Source: an uncultured bacterium (GTDB lineage: Bacteria > Margulisbacteria > Termititenacia > CAZZFK01). Taken from it: 64,000 nucleotides of DNA. The stretch covers positions 60,819 through 124,818 of the forward strand of contig CAZZFK010000003.1 of NCBI GenBank assembly GCA_964653455.1, in the 5' to 3' direction. Every line of letters begins with the position of its first letter. Position 1 is the first letter of the stretch. Made by a program: the position numbers and the translations under genes. The notes under the pieces were generated by a model, which saw nothing but the letters and a program-made list of their open reading frames with translations, did not search any database and was not told the DNA's origin. Shown in pieces: positions 1 through 10,009 of the stretch.

Positions 1-1706
1 ATCAGATCTCTCAACTGAAGAATGATCTTTTCTTTAAGGGTCGTATTGAGGACCGGGGAGAAACGCAGGCTATCGATGTTCTCCTGCACGCTCAGTATGA
101 GCATGGTGTTATCTTCGGCGATCTTTAATTTCAAACACGCTTCCCGGACCTTTTGAGAGGAGAGCCCTTTCATGACGATCCCGTATCTTCGATGACAGAG
201 TTCGTGCAAAAAACGTTGCGCATGGGTCGAGAGTTCCGGGCCCGAAAGCGCTTTGAGCGCCTCCAGTTCTTTTAGAAGTCTTTTGCGTTCGAATACTGCC
301 AAAGAAGGGAGCTTTTTGAACACAATGAGGCCCAGTATACCGAAAAGAAGCATACCCGCTGCTATGAAAATGAACTTCAGGAATGAAACAAAACTGTTCT
401 TATTGACGGTGATCTGAAGTCCCTCCCCGTTCATTGAAAGGCTTCCGGTGCGCACTGCGGGGAGTACGGAGGATGGCTGGTCACTTACGGAGGTCACTTC
501 TATGTCCGGGACCTGGTGCGATAAGGTCCGATAGATGCCGGCATTAGGATCGAAATAACAGAATGTGAGTTCGGGGATGGTCAATTTCCCGGTTTTTTGA
601 GCAACGATGAGGTATTCAAGATATTTTGTGACAGAAATAATATCGCCTTGGATCGATTCCGTGTTGTTTATCTTGTTCAGATAGAAGAACGTTGAGCTCA
701 TGCTCTCGAGGCCGAGCGTATTGACCGGATCGAGATTCCCGGTGCCGAAGATATTGATCTTCAATACATACCCTGAACCGTTCGTGGTCTTGGTCTTATC
801 ACAGGTAACGGTCCACTTGAAATTGCCGACCGCACCTGAAAAGTCATCAGGAGCATTATCCGGAAGCTTTTTGACCTGGACCTCTATCGGTTTTGTATCC
901 GCTCTTTGAGCTCCTCCGAAAGGGCTTGTTGCATAGGCAAGTGAGGCAGGGGGAATAATGCTTTTTCCTGCACTTAACGGTGATGCGATCTGCCGTATCG
1001 TTTGACACTGATAGGTACGGCCATTGATGGTCTTTTGGCTCGGGACAGGACCTTTATCGACGCTCTTTAATAAGAAGTTGGTCACTTTCGGAGCGATATA
1101 CTGGGGTTGGCCGAAAAAACCGCCCTGATGATAGAGCATAAAGCTTAGAACGGTCTTTTCCCCGACATATAATGACCGTTTGCCGATCTGCATATCAACA
1201 CGAATATCACCGGCATTGAACGCTGTGTCATCAGAAAAACCGAACATGCTTTCGATACTGCGACGCTGCGGTGTCGGTTTTTGCGCGGTCTGTGCTACGG
1301 CAGGCCCGACCTTAAGGTTCAGCGGGTCGGTCGTATATGTTTTCCCGGAGAACTGAAAACTGGCTTTCTCGATGGTCAATGTGCCTTGTTTCTGCGGAAT
1401 AAGTACGAACGAAAAAGTCCGTGATTGGGATGAACGCCCGTTGATGAACTGTATCTGAGTGGATTGGGAACGGTTGGCGACCGAGAAACCTTCAAAAGAA
1501 GGTGTTCGTATCTGCGGGAGATCATTGATGTTCTCTCCGGAGACGGTCAAATTATAGACACAGGTCTCGTTGATCCCAAGCTCATTCCTGTCGAGCGAAG
1601 CGGTGAATTGCAGGTCACCCGCCAGAAGAGGGGATATGAGCGCGATGATGAAGAACATCGCAGGGAAAAGATATCTGAATATATAGTTACCAGTCTTTTT
1701 CGACAT
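1..1706 (-). CDS. batD: BatD family protein (oxygen-tolerance/Bat complex), 3' end runs off the window
   Basis: Not in the ORF track. Manual translation from ATG at 1706 gives MSKKTGNYIFRYLFPAMFFIIALISPLLAGDLQFTASLDRNELGINET...SQSTQIQFINGRSSQSRTFSFVLIPQKQGTLTI, a signal peptide plus a typical BatD N-terminus. The frame is open at both ends that I checked. Last gene of the bat cluster. Confidence 0.85.
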   Translation of the reverse strand, partial: MSKKTGNYIFRYLFPAMFFIIALISPLLAGDLQFTASLDRNELGINETCVYNLTVSGENINDLPQIRTPSFEGFSVANRSQSTQIQFINGRSSQSRTFSFVLIPQKQGTLTIEKASFQFSGKTYTTDPLNLKVGPAVAQTAQKPTPQRRSIESMFGFSDDTAFNAGDIRVDMQIGKRSLYVGEKTVLSFMLYHQGGFFGQPQYIAPKVTNFLLKSVDKGPVPSQKTINGRTYQCQTIRQIASPLSAGKSIIPPASLAYATSPFGGAQRADTKPIEVQVKKLPDNAPDDFSGAVGNFKWTVTCDKTKTTNGSGYVLKINIFGTGNLDPVNTLGLESMSSTFFYLNKINNTESIQGDIISVTKYLEYLIVAQKTGKLTIPELTFCYFDPNAGIYRTLSHQVPDIEVTSVSDQPSSVLPAVRTGSLSMNGEGLQITVNKNSFVSFLKFIFIAAGMLLFGILGLIVFKKLPSLAVFERKRLLKELEALKALSGPELSTHAQRFLHELCHRRYGIVMKGLSSQKVREACLKLKIAEDNTMLILSVQENIDSLRFSPVLNTTLKEKIILQLRDL

Positions 1707-2319
1707 TTTTCTTCCCTGAGCCTTGTGACTGGCGCCGCATATCCTGCTGTTCTTTTTGCTTGAACGAGTTCAGGACCTGTTCCGCCTGTTTTTTCTTTTG
1801 ATCTTTTTGCTTGTCTTTTTTATCTTTCTGGTCTTTTTTCTTGTCGTTGCTTTGTCCCTGTGATTGTTTACGGGCAGCGGGACGCATTTTTTCAAGGATA
1901 CGCGCCAGCTCAAGGTTATATTTTGCATCCCTGTTCTGAGGATCATTTTTTAATGCTTTGATGTAATAGTCAATGGCGTTCTGAATATCGCCCTGTTCAA
2001 GATACATGGTGCCGATATTGTAATCGTTCCTGGACATGGTCTTTTTGTCGTGAGCGGTCTCCGCATAGCGCTTGTGCATATTGAACTTTTCACGGGCGTT
2101 ATCCGTATTGCCCTTGGCGTATTCGAGCAGCCCCTGGTTATAGACAATGAAAGGCTTTTTGCTGTGTATCTTCTGGTAGCTCTCATCTGCTTTATCGATA
2201 TTGCCTTTAAGCAAATACGCGTTCGCCTGCCGAATGCGCTGGTTATCCAGTATGCCGGCATGGGCATGGGTAGTGAACATCGTAATGAGCAGGATAGTGA
2301 TGAGCGCTGTTCTTTTCAT
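1687..2319 (-). CDS. batC: TPR protein, BatC-like
   Basis: Signal peptide MKRTALITILL (GAGG upstream), TPR motifs (YNQG, YNIG, ALKNDP..AKYNLELA), K/D/Q-rich linker, located between batB and batD. Confidence 0.8.
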   Translation of the reverse strand: MKRTALITILLITMFTTHAHAGILDNQRIRQANAYLLKGNIDKADESYQKIHSKKPFIVYNQGLLEYAKGNTDNAREKFNMHKRYAETAHDKKTMSRNDYNIGTMYLEQGDIQNAIDYYIKALKNDPQNRDAKYNLELARILEKMRPAARKQSQGQSNDKKKDQKDKKDKQKDQKKKQAEQVLNSFKQKEQQDMRRQSQGSGKKNVEKDW

Positions 2320-2330
2320 GTTCGTTATCC

Positions 2331-3299
2331 TCACAGTATGAACGAGATGCACAACATCAATATGCCGATGAAAAGAAAGACCTGGAACCGTTCGCTGTAC
2401 ATGGTCGAAACAGTGTTCTTGATCCCTACGCGTTTATAGTATTGCAGTTCCTGTATGATCTCTGAGAGCGGCTCACTGTTCTGGTTAAGCAGATAGACCT
2501 TGGATGTGGCCAGCGGTTGCAGGTTCTCAGGATGGATGCGGCTCACCACAACGGACCCTTTTTTATCTTTCTTGTACCCATGTACCGTACCGTTCTCGTC
2601 CAGCAACGGTATCGGTTGGCCGCCTTCAGTACCTACGCACACGGGCATGATCACTGCGCCTATTTCTGAGGCATCATCTTTTAACCCGTTCAGACCGCCT
2701 TCATGATCTTCCCCGTCGGTGAATATCATGATGACCTTATCCTGCGGGACTTTCGGATCGAAGGTCTCGAGGCATTTGGCGACCGCCGCATGGAGGTTCG
2801 TCCCTGCAGTGTTCTCTCGGGAGCCGACTATGGTCGTCATAAAAAGTTTCAGGGCTTCATAGTCGGTTGTGAGGGGTGTGATGGTCGTGGCCGAACCCGC
2901 GAAGGTCACCAGACTTACCCTGTCTCCCTGCAGTGTATCCAGCAGGCGGTTCACTTCCATGATGGTCTTTTCAAGGCGGGACGGATAGATATCCGGCGTG
3001 TACATACTGCTCGAAGTATCGATCGCAATGACAAGGTCCAGCCCTTTTTGCATGAACGGTTCCTGTTTGATACCCCATTGTGGGCGGAGCAGGGCGAGAA
3101 CGATGAATACCAGTCCCCCTACGAACAGAAGGCGGGCATTTCTTTTCGTCCCGGGTCCTCGTATCACTTTTTTGAGCGTATCCGCGCTCCCCAGCTTTTT
3201 TAGTCCTATATCGGAGGTGCGGTCAAAATGACCGAACGCGAACCACACCCCGGCAGGGATAAGGAGCAGCCACCATAATTTCAGTAACGCGATATTCAT
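2331..3299 (-). CDS. batB: vWA domain protein, BatB-like
   Basis: ALLRPQWG, MIDAS motif DTSSSM, FTDGEDHEG, N- and C-terminal TM segments. Confidence 0.85.
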   Translation of the reverse strand: MNIALLKLWWLLLIPAGVWFAFGHFDRTSDIGLKKLGSADTLKKVIRGPGTKRNARLLFVGGLVFIVLALLRPQWGIKQEPFMQKGLDLVIAIDTSSSMYTPDIYPSRLEKTIMEVNRLLDTLQGDRVSLVTFAGSATTITPLTTDYEALKLFMTTIVGSRENTAGTNLHAAVAKCLETFDPKVPQDKVIMIFTDGEDHEGGLNGLKDDASEIGAVIMPVCVGTEGGQPIPLLDENGTVHGYKKDKKGSVVVSRIHPENLQPLATSKVYLLNQNSEPLSEIIQELQYYKRVGIKNTVSTMYSERFQVFLFIGILMLCISFIL

Positions 3300-3315
3300 C
3301 GTATATTCCCTATGT

Positions 3316-4362
3316 TCATGGCCATATCTTTAGCACGGTGTTCGACAATACGAATTCCAGAATGAGCAGGCAAAGTCCGAACAGAACGAATCCGAAATAT
3401 CTTTCATCAAAACGGGTATGTACCACGTCCTTGATCTTGATCTTCTCCAGTGCGTTGATCTTTTTGAAGACTTCTCGCAGTTCTCCTGTATTCTTGGCCA
3501 GGAAATATTCACCTTGGGTCAGCCCTGCTATCTGTATCAATGCGTCCTGGTTGAGCTTTGTTAGCGCAAGGGAACCGTCCGGATTACGGGCGTACAGTTT
3601 CCCCTGACCGGGCACATATACCGGCATAGGGGCCCCCTCAGGTGAGCCGATACCGATAGTGTATATCTTCACGTTCATGTCGTTGGCCAGTTTTGCCGCA
3701 TCGATCGGATCGATCTCACCGCTGTTGCTTTCTCCGTCCGTGATCAGGATGATGACCTTGCTCTTTGCTTCCGACCTGCGTAAGCGGTTAAGGGCCGTGA
3801 CCTCTGCAAGTCCGATAGCCGTTGCTTCACCGGCCATACCGACCTTTATCCTTGAAAGCAGGTCCAGCAGTATGTCGTGGTCCAGTGTCAGCGGGCATTG
3901 GGTAAAACTGGTGCTGCCGAATACCACAAGGCCGAGGCGATCGTTCTTGCGGTCATAAATGAACTCTTTTACGACGTTCTTTGCCGCGGTCATGCGGTCA
4001 GGCTTCAGGTCCTCCGCCCACATGCTGCCAGAGGTATCCAGTGCGATCATCATATCGATACCTTCTTTATACAGAGGATCTGCACGTCCCGGGACCTGGG
4101 GCCGGGCCAGCGCTAATATAAGGAAGGCGAGCGCGAGAAGTTTGAGACCATCCAATATATAGTCTATCCATTGGAGATCCTGTTGTGATGAACGGGAGAT
4201 GGTATCGACGTTCGAATGTCCGAATACAGCACGCTGTTTTCGGTAATGAAGAAATTTCCATAAGCCGTGTCCGGGAAGTTTTGAACTTTTGCCGTACCAG
4301 ATATACCAGAGCACAGGCAGTATCAACAGGAAAAATAAAGCAAGAGGGTTCGCGAATTTCAT
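3316..4362 (-). CDS. batA: vWA domain protein, BatA-like
   Basis: MKFANP start, ALARPQ, DTSGSM, TAIG, ITDGESN, KIYTIGIG. Confidence 0.88.
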   Translation of the reverse strand: MKFANPLALFFLLILPVLWYIWYGKSSKLPGHGLWKFLHYRKQRAVFGHSNVDTISRSSQQDLQWIDYILDGLKLLALAFLILALARPQVPGRADPLYKEGIDMMIALDTSGSMWAEDLKPDRMTAAKNVVKEFIYDRKNDRLGLVVFGSTSFTQCPLTLDHDILLDLLSRIKVGMAGEATAIGLAEVTALNRLRRSEAKSKVIILITDGESNSGEIDPIDAAKLANDMNVKIYTIGIGSPEGAPMPVYVPGQGKLYARNPDGSLALTKLNQDALIQIAGLTQGEYFLAKNTGELREVFKKINALEKIKIKDVVHTRFDERYFGFVLFGLCLLILEFVLSNTVLKIWP

Positions 4363-5291
4363 GGTACGCGCTCCTCTTGCGGGTCAGTGATGGTCTGCGC
4401 AGGCTTCATTCGTTCGATAATATCCTGAGCATGTCTGATATATTCACGATCGTCATTAGCCTCGGGCCGGTATTTGGCGAATTTAACAAGATCTGCTTCG
4501 TTCAAAAGTCCGATCAAATGATCTTTGACGGGAATGTCTTTTATGTCGATCATCTTTGCTATTTCGCTCGTCGTGCGGTCCATGAGGTCCCGTCCTGAAA
4601 GGTCTAAAAAGAACTTCTTCAGTTTTTCCGAGGTCTCGATATAGAACATTTTGACATCGGCCTGTGCCGGAGGGACCAGTGTGCTGAAGTAGTCATGATA
4701 TTCCTGCCATATCTCGAGCGGTGTGCGGTGCTTTTTTATAAAGGGCAGTGAAAGAGCTCCGGTATCAAGCTGGTCTTTTAAATAGTGATAGAGAAAGAGG
4801 TTCCCAGCGATAAAGAAGAACAGTGTTGCGAGAATAAATATGTCCGAATAGGGGTTGATCGGTCTTTTCATCGGACGCGCATTGGGCGTTCCTGTGATCA
4901 GCGAGGATATGGTACAGGATAATGAACGGACGACATTTTCTTGGATATTGAACGTGGGGAACGTGATCGCCCCGGTCTGGAATGGTGTGATCCTGGTCAT
5001 ATATTTGAGCTTATTACCGTGAACCGTCACGGATGGCGTTATGATCTCAAATGAGTTGTTGTTTGAATTCCCGCCCGAAGTAAAAGAAAGCATAGGTATC
5101 GATAATGATGTTGTGCGGTCATAGGGTACAGTGACCTTGTACGTGATCATATCCCCGATATAGATCTTTTTTGGGGTCAGATGGGGTTGATATGCTATGT
5201 CCGCAAGACAGGAGAAAGCATGAAGCATAAAGCAGATGACATATAGCAGCATGTGAAGCACGTTCAGTGTACGTATCGTTTTCATGCTCAA
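4359..5291 (-). CDS. Bat-cluster membrane protein (BatD-like N-terminus, DUF4381-like C-terminus)
   Basis: Signal peptide, IGDxITY motif, central TM helix, C-terminal ADLVKFAKYRP typical of this operon position. Confidence 0.6.
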   Translation of the reverse strand: MSMKTIRTLNVLHMLLYVICFMLHAFSCLADIAYQPHLTPKKIYIGDMITYKVTVPYDRTTSLSIPMLSFTSGGNSNNNSFEIITPSVTVHGNKLKYMTRITPFQTGAITFPTFNIQENVVRSLSCTISSLITGTPNARPMKRPINPYSDIFILATLFFFIAGNLFLYHYLKDQLDTGALSLPFIKKHRTPLEIWQEYHDYFSTLVPPAQADVKMFYIETSEKLKKFFLDLSGRDLMDRTTSEIAKMIDIKDIPVKDHLIGLLNEADLVKFAKYRPEANDDREYIRHAQDIIERMKPAQTITDPQEERVP

Positions 5292-6169
5292 AACCTCTTG
5301 CGCGATGTGCGGCGTTTAAAAAAGGATATGATCTTCTCAAGATATGGTTCCCCGCAGGTCAGGTGAATGAAATCGCCCGTATTCTTGAGAAAAAGCTCTT
5401 TGAGCGACAGGAAGTTCTTTTGCGCTGCTTCTGCATATGCTTTGCGGAAGTTCGTATCTCTCGTATCGATGATGCGAGAAGCATCATGCTCCAGGTCCTT
5501 GATACGGAGATAGCCGAAGGAGGGTATGGTCTTTTCGAACGGATCGCCGATCAGGACCGGGATGACATCATGTTTTCGTGCCGTGATCTCGAAGGTCTTT
5601 TTATAATCGTCCGCGATGAAGTCCGAGAGTATAAAGACCACAGAACGGCGCTTGGTGATCAGGTTCAGATGTTCTAACGCGGCTTTGATATTTGTCTTTT
5701 TGTTAACCGGGGTGAAACTAATGACATCGCGTAGCAAGCGAAGTACATGTTTCCTCCCTTTTTTTGCAGGAATGAACTTCTCCACTTTGTCCGTAAAAAG
5801 CATCAGACCTGCCCGGTCATTGTTCTTGAGCGCTGTCAGGGAGAGCAGTGCCGCTATCTTTTGTGTCAGTTCTTTCTTGGTCCCGTCTTTTGTCCCCAGG
5901 TCCTGTGAGGCGCTCATATCCACCAGGATATATATATGAAGTTCACGCTCTTCCCGGAATATCTTCACGTGCGGGGTGCCGGTGCGCGCGGTCACGTTCC
6001 AGTCGATGAACTTGATATCATCGCCGACCTGATAGGGACGTACTTCCTGGAACTCTATCCCAAGGCCCCGGAACGCGGATTGATATTCTCCGGAGACCGT
6101 TGAATTGATGATACGGTTGGTCTGTATTTCGAGCTTTTTTACTTGGGCAAGTATATCTTTTGTGATCAT
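5288..6169 (-). CDS. DUF58 family protein
   Basis: GEYQSAFRGLGIEFQEVRPYQVGDDIKFIDWNVTAR, FREERE, DMSAS. Start moved to MITKDI. Confidence 0.92.
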   Translation of the reverse strand: MITKDILAQVKKLEIQTNRIINSTVSGEYQSAFRGLGIEFQEVRPYQVGDDIKFIDWNVTARTGTPHVKIFREERELHIYILVDMSASQDLGTKDGTKKELTQKIAALLSLTALKNNDRAGLMLFTDKVEKFIPAKKGRKHVLRLLRDVISFTPVNKKTNIKAALEHLNLITKRRSVVFILSDFIADDYKKTFEITARKHDVIPVLIGDPFEKTIPSFGYLRIKDLEHDASRIIDTRDTNFRKAYAEAAQKNFLSLKELFLKNTGDFIHLTCGEPYLEKIISFFKRRTSRKRF

Positions 6170-6177
6170 GGTGTTCT

Positions 6178-6283
6178 TGACCCCTCCCACCGCTTTCAGC
6201 GGTTCCCCCTCCCCAATGCCCTTACTAGCTTGCCCCGAGCAATGCCGAGGGGTATTGGGGAGGGGGCTAGGGGGTGAGGTTTG
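6178..6283. repeat. GC-rich REP-like palindromic element (family member 1)
   Basis: Stem CCCCCTCCCCAATGCCC...GGGTATTGGGGAGGGGG. Its left end GACCCCTCCCACC (6179-6191) is identical to 20653-20665. The inner 22-mer matches the 25.4 kb element at 18/22 positions. Confidence 0.75.
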
Positions 6284-7279
6284 TTACGGTACCTCGATCG
6301 TATCCAGTATCTTCTGGATAACGTCTTCAGAGGTCATATTTTCTGCTTCCGCTTCATAACTGATGATGACACGATGGCGGAGCACGTCCATGACGATCGA
6401 TTTCACATCATCTGGAGAGACGAAACCGCGGCCCTGCAGGAAGGCATGGGCCTTAGCGGCTTTGGTCAAATAGATGGAAGCGCGAGGAGAAGCTCCATAG
6501 GTGATGAGATTCTTGATGTTCAATTTATATTCTTCAGGTTCTCTGGTCGCAAGGACGATATCGAGGATATAGTCTTTGATCTTTTCATCGACATAAATAT
6601 CGTCAATGACACCTTGAACACGAATGATATCGGCAGGAGTTATGACCTTTTTGAGGTCCGCCGAATCAATGGACCGCTGAATGTCGATGATCTGTCGCTC
6701 TTCTTTACGTGAAGGATAGGATATCAAGAGCTTTAGCATGAAGCGGTCCACCTGCGCTTCGGGCAGAGGGTAGGTTCCTTCCTGTTCGATAGGGTTCTGG
6801 GTCGCAAGTACCAGGAACGGCTCGTTCAATCGATATGTCTCTTCACCCAGTGTCACCTGTTTTTCCTGCATGGCTTCAAGGAGTGCGCTCTGGACCTTGG
6901 CGGGTGCGCGATTGATCTCGTCGGCAAGTATTATATTATGGAAGACAGGCCCTTTTTTTATGGAAAAGTTCGTTGTCGCGGGGTTATAGATCATGGTCCC
7001 GATGATATCGGCAGGAAGCAAGTCGGGAGTGAACTGGATGCGTTTGAAAGAGCAATCGATGATCTGCGAAAGCGTTCTGATGATAAGCGTTTTGGCGAGA
7101 CCGGGGACCCCTTCGAGCAATATGTGACCTTTGCAGAAGAGCCCGATGAGTATCTTCTCGATGATGGTACGTTGCCCGACGATCACCTTGTTGAATTCTT
7201 TCATGACGTCAGCGATGAAGGCGGATTCTTTTTGTATGCGTGCGTTCAATTCCTGAATAGAGATGTCGTTAGTGCTCAT
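6284..7279 (-). CDS. moxR: MoxR family AAA+ ATPase
   Basis: LLEGVPGLAKT, RIQFTPDLLPAD, LADEINRAPAKVQSALLEAMQE, ATQNPIEQEGTYPLPEAQVDRF. Confidence 0.95.
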   Translation of the reverse strand: MSTNDISIQELNARIQKESAFIADVMKEFNKVIVGQRTIIEKILIGLFCKGHILLEGVPGLAKTLIIRTLSQIIDCSFKRIQFTPDLLPADIIGTMIYNPATTNFSIKKGPVFHNIILADEINRAPAKVQSALLEAMQEKQVTLGEETYRLNEPFLVLATQNPIEQEGTYPLPEAQVDRFMLKLLISYPSRKEERQIIDIQRSIDSADLKKVITPADIIRVQGVIDDIYVDEKIKDYILDIVLATREPEEYKLNIKNLITYGASPRASIYLTKAAKAHAFLQGRGFVSPDDVKSIVMDVLRHRVIISYEAEAENMTSEDVIQKILDTIEVP

Positions 7280-7447
7280 GTTAGTAACAGCCTCCGTTCC
7301 GGGTCATTTTTGCCATATTTTAAAAAAACAGTCAAAAAAATCAAGTGCCCACATCCATCATACCATATGACCAAGTCACACATACAATTCCTGCACAGAG
7401 ACCATTCGATGTCAATCTTTTGTTGATGAATGAATGTCGATAAATAT

Positions 7448-7475
7448 TTGACGCGCAAGTCCTGCGTGTTATAAT
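7448..7475 (+). promoter_or_regulatory. sigma70-type promoter for hppA
   Basis: TTGACG-16 nt-TATAAT with extended -10 TG. Confidence 0.7.
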
Positions 7476-7566
7476 TCGCCGCATTGTTTCCGTAAGTTTC
7501 TAGTCGGGCTGAGTTAATTCCGGGCGACCGGGTAACAGGTCGCAGAAAGAAAAAAGGAGCAGTGTA

Positions 7567-9765
7567 ATGGAGATATTGTCGAAGTTCGGTAAGTTCCTCG
7601 CTGATGTTTTTGTCGGTAGCGGTCTTCAGCTTCATCTCAATCCGGGTCTGCTTGTTATCGTAACGTTCGGGTGTTCTGTTCTGGCCCTGCTGTTCGCTCT
7701 CTATCTCGGGCTTATGGTCATGCATCAGGATGAGGGTTCGGATAAAATGAAAAAAATATCCTCATCGATCCGTACCGGTGCTAAAGCATATTTGAAGCGT
7801 CAGTATTCGGTCATTGCGGTCTTCTTTCTGGTCGTTTTCTTCATCCTGTTGGCTATGGCATTAAAGGGCTATCTGACGATATTCGTACCGTTCGCCTTTT
7901 TGACCGGCGGTTTTTTCTCCGGTCTTTCCGGTTTCATCGGTATGACCATGGCCACATGCTCAAATGCCAGGACCGCTTCCGGGGCCATGAAAAGCCTTAA
8001 CTCCGGCCTGCGCATAGCGTTCTCGGCCGGTGCGGTCATGGGCCTTGTTGTTGTCGGTCTCGGGCTTTTTGATCTCAGTGTATGGTACGCGATATTGAAC
8101 AAGGTCTATGAGCATCTTCCGGTCGCAGAGAAGATCAAGAACATCACCGGAGCAATGCTGACCTTCGGCATGGGCGCATCCTCGATGGCGCTTTTTGCCC
8201 GTCTTGGCGGCGGTATCTTCACGAAAGCTGCTGACGTTGGAGCCGATCTTGTCGGTAAAGTTGAGGCTGGTATTCCTGAAGATGACCCGCGTAATCCTGC
8301 TGTTATCGCGGACAACGTCGGTGATAACGTCGGTGACGTTGCCGGCATGGGTGCAGATCTGTATGAATCTTATGTCGGTTCTATCGTAGCGACCATGGCT
8401 CTCGGTGCCGCGGCTTTTGCTCAGTACGGGATGTCTTTCCAGAGCGTTACGGTGCCCCTGGCCATGGCTGCTGTCGGAGTCATCGCTTCTATTCTTGGTA
8501 CGTTCTTTGTACGTTCCGGTGAAAAAGCGGATCAGGGCGTGTTATTGTGGGCTCTTCGCAAGGGAACGTTCATGACAGCGTTCCTCGTGCTTGTATTCTC
8601 CTATCTGGTGATCAAGTTCACTCTGGGCATGGCCTTTATCGGGATATACGGTTCGGTACTTTCCGGGCTGCTTGCGGGTATAATCATCGGTCTGGTGACG
8701 GAATATTTCACTTCGGATAAATATGCTCCGACCCAGCATCTTGCCGCTTCTGCGACAACAGGTCCTGCAACGGTCATCATCGCAGGCATCTCTCTGGGCA
8801 TGAGTTCCACGGTCGTTCCGGTCATCACCGTTTGTGTAGCCACTGTTGCCGCATATGTGTTCGCCGGCGGTCTGGCGAACTATGCGTTGGGATTGTACGG
8901 TGTCGGTATCTCTGCGGTCGGCATGCTTTCAACGCTCGGTATCACGTTGGCGACAGATGCCTATGGTCCGGTCGCTGATAATGCCGGCGGAATAGCACAG
9001 ATGAGCAAATTGCCTCCGAAGGTGCGTGAACGTACGGATGCTCTTGATTCCCTCGGGAATACGACCGCTGCGACCGGTAAAGGGTTCGCTATCGGTTCAG
9101 CTGCTTTGACGGCAATGGCGTTGATAGCTGCTTATCAGGAAGAGATCCAGTTCGCGGCGCACCGCATGGGTTTGCATGATTTCACCATGAACATCAGTAT
9201 CATGAACTTGCCGGTACTTATCGGTCTGTTCATCGGCGCGATGATGCCGTTCGTTTTCTCCGGTCTTACCATGGCCGCGGTCGGTCGTGCCGCTCAGCAG
9301 ATCGTTGTTGAGGTGCGCCGTCAATTCAAACAGATCAAAGGATTGATGCAGGGCAAAGCTGAGGCCGATTACGCACGTTGCGTGGCGATCTCGACCGGTG
9401 CTGCTCAAAAGGAAATGGTATTCCCGTCGCTCCTGGCGATCATCGTTCCTATCCTTGTGGGATACTTGCTCGGTCCGAGCGCTGTTGTCGGCCTGCTCGG
9501 CGGGGCAATGGCCAGCGGTTTCGTGCTCGCGGTATTCATGGCCAATGCGGGCGGTGCCTGGGATAACGCCAAGAAGTATATTGAGTCCGGTAAGTTCGGC
9601 GGAAAAGGTTCAGATGCTCATAAAGCAGCTGTGACCGGTGATACGGTCGGTGATCCTTTCAAAGATACGTCCGGTCCTTCACTGAACATCCTGATCAAGC
9701 TTATGTCCATGGTCTCCATTGTTTTCGCTGCGTTCCTTGCTGCGAACTCATTGAAGCTGTTCTAA
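7567..9765 (+). CDS. hppA: Membrane-integral K+-dependent pyrophosphatase with Na+,H+-PPase signature
   Basis: [26 protein letters not shown] (K+-dependent Ala), [20 protein letters not shown], plus [13 protein letters not shown] and TFGMGAS. Confidence 0.95.
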   Translation: MEILSKFGKFLADVFVGSGLQLHLNPGLLVIVTFGCSVLALLFALYLGLMVMHQDEGSDKMKKISSSIRTGAKAYLKRQYSVIAVFFLVVFFILLAMALKGYLTIFVPFAFLTGGFFSGLSGFIGMTMATCSNARTASGAMKSLNSGLRIAFSAGAVMGLVVVGLGLFDLSVWYAILNKVYEHLPVAEKIKNITGAMLTFGMGASSMALFARLGGGIFTKAADVGADLVGKVEAGIPEDDPRNPAVIADNVGDNVGDVAGMGADLYESYVGSIVATMALGAAAFAQYGMSFQSVTVPLAMAAVGVIASILGTFFVRSGEKADQGVLLWALRKGTFMTAFLVLVFSYLVIKFTLGMAFIGIYGSVLSGLLAGIIIGLVTEYFTSDKYAPTQHLAASATTGPATVIIAGISLGMSSTVVPVITVCVATVAAYVFAGGLANYALGLYGVGISAVGMLSTLGITLATDAYGPVADNAGGIAQMSKLPPKVRERTDALDSLGNTTAATGKGFAIGSAALTAMALIAAYQEEIQFAAHRMGLHDFTMNISIMNLPVLIGLFIGAMMPFVFSGLTMAAVGRAAQQIVVEVRRQFKQIKGLMQGKAEADYARCVAISTGAAQKEMVFPSLLAIIVPILVGYLLGPSAVVGLLGGAMASGFVLAVFMANAGGAWDNAKKYIESGKFGGKGSDAHKAAVTGDTVGDPFKDTSGPSLNILIKLMSMVSIVFAAFLAANSLKLF

Positions 9766-9792
9766 GCATAGACAGGGTAATAGTCAGATATA

Positions 9793-9829
9793 AAGCACCC
9801 CACGGCAGATAGCTGTGGGGTGTTTTTTT
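9793..9829 (+). terminator. Intrinsic terminator after hppA
   Basis: CACCCCACGGC-AGATA-GCTGTGGGGTG stem followed by a T run. Confidence 0.85.
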
Positions 9830-9838
9830 ATATTTGTT

Positions 9839-9867
9839 TTTACTTGCTTAATGATATTTGCTATACT
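9839..9867 (+). promoter_or_regulatory. Promoter upstream of riboswitch copy 1
   Basis: TTTACT-17 nt-TATACT with extended -10 TG. Confidence 0.55.
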
Positions 9868-9891
9868 GGCCATGTTGGTAAGTTAATTAAC

Positions 9892-9939
9892 GGGTCCAAT
9901 TGCACTAAGCGATTGGAGGCATTTGATGGTCGGGCCGCC
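9892..9939 (+). ncRNA. Riboswitch aptamer, nhaA-I-like (Li+/Na+ class), copy 1
   Basis: GGG-[TCCAATTGC ACTAA GCGATTGGA hairpin]-GGC-ATTTG-ATGGTCGGGCC-GCC. It lies between a promoter and a terminator, and a covarying second copy is at 16502-16547. The class assignment is from my recollection of the nhaA-I consensus, not a search. Confidence 0.75.
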
Positions 9940-9967
9940 ATCTGAACACATTCAGATGGTTTTTTTT
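9938..9967 (+). terminator. Riboswitch expression-platform terminator
   Basis: CCATCTGAA-CACA-TTCAGATGG perfect 9-bp stem + T8. The first two C residues belong to the aptamer 3' end. Confidence 0.85.
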
Positions 9968-10009
9968 GTTCAAAAAGCCACCTGAATACTATTTCAAGGA
10001 GGCTTGATC

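Noticed and set aside
1780-1870. Low-complexity TTTTTG/TC repeats
   Set aside because: They encode the K/D/Q-rich linker typical of BatC-like proteins.
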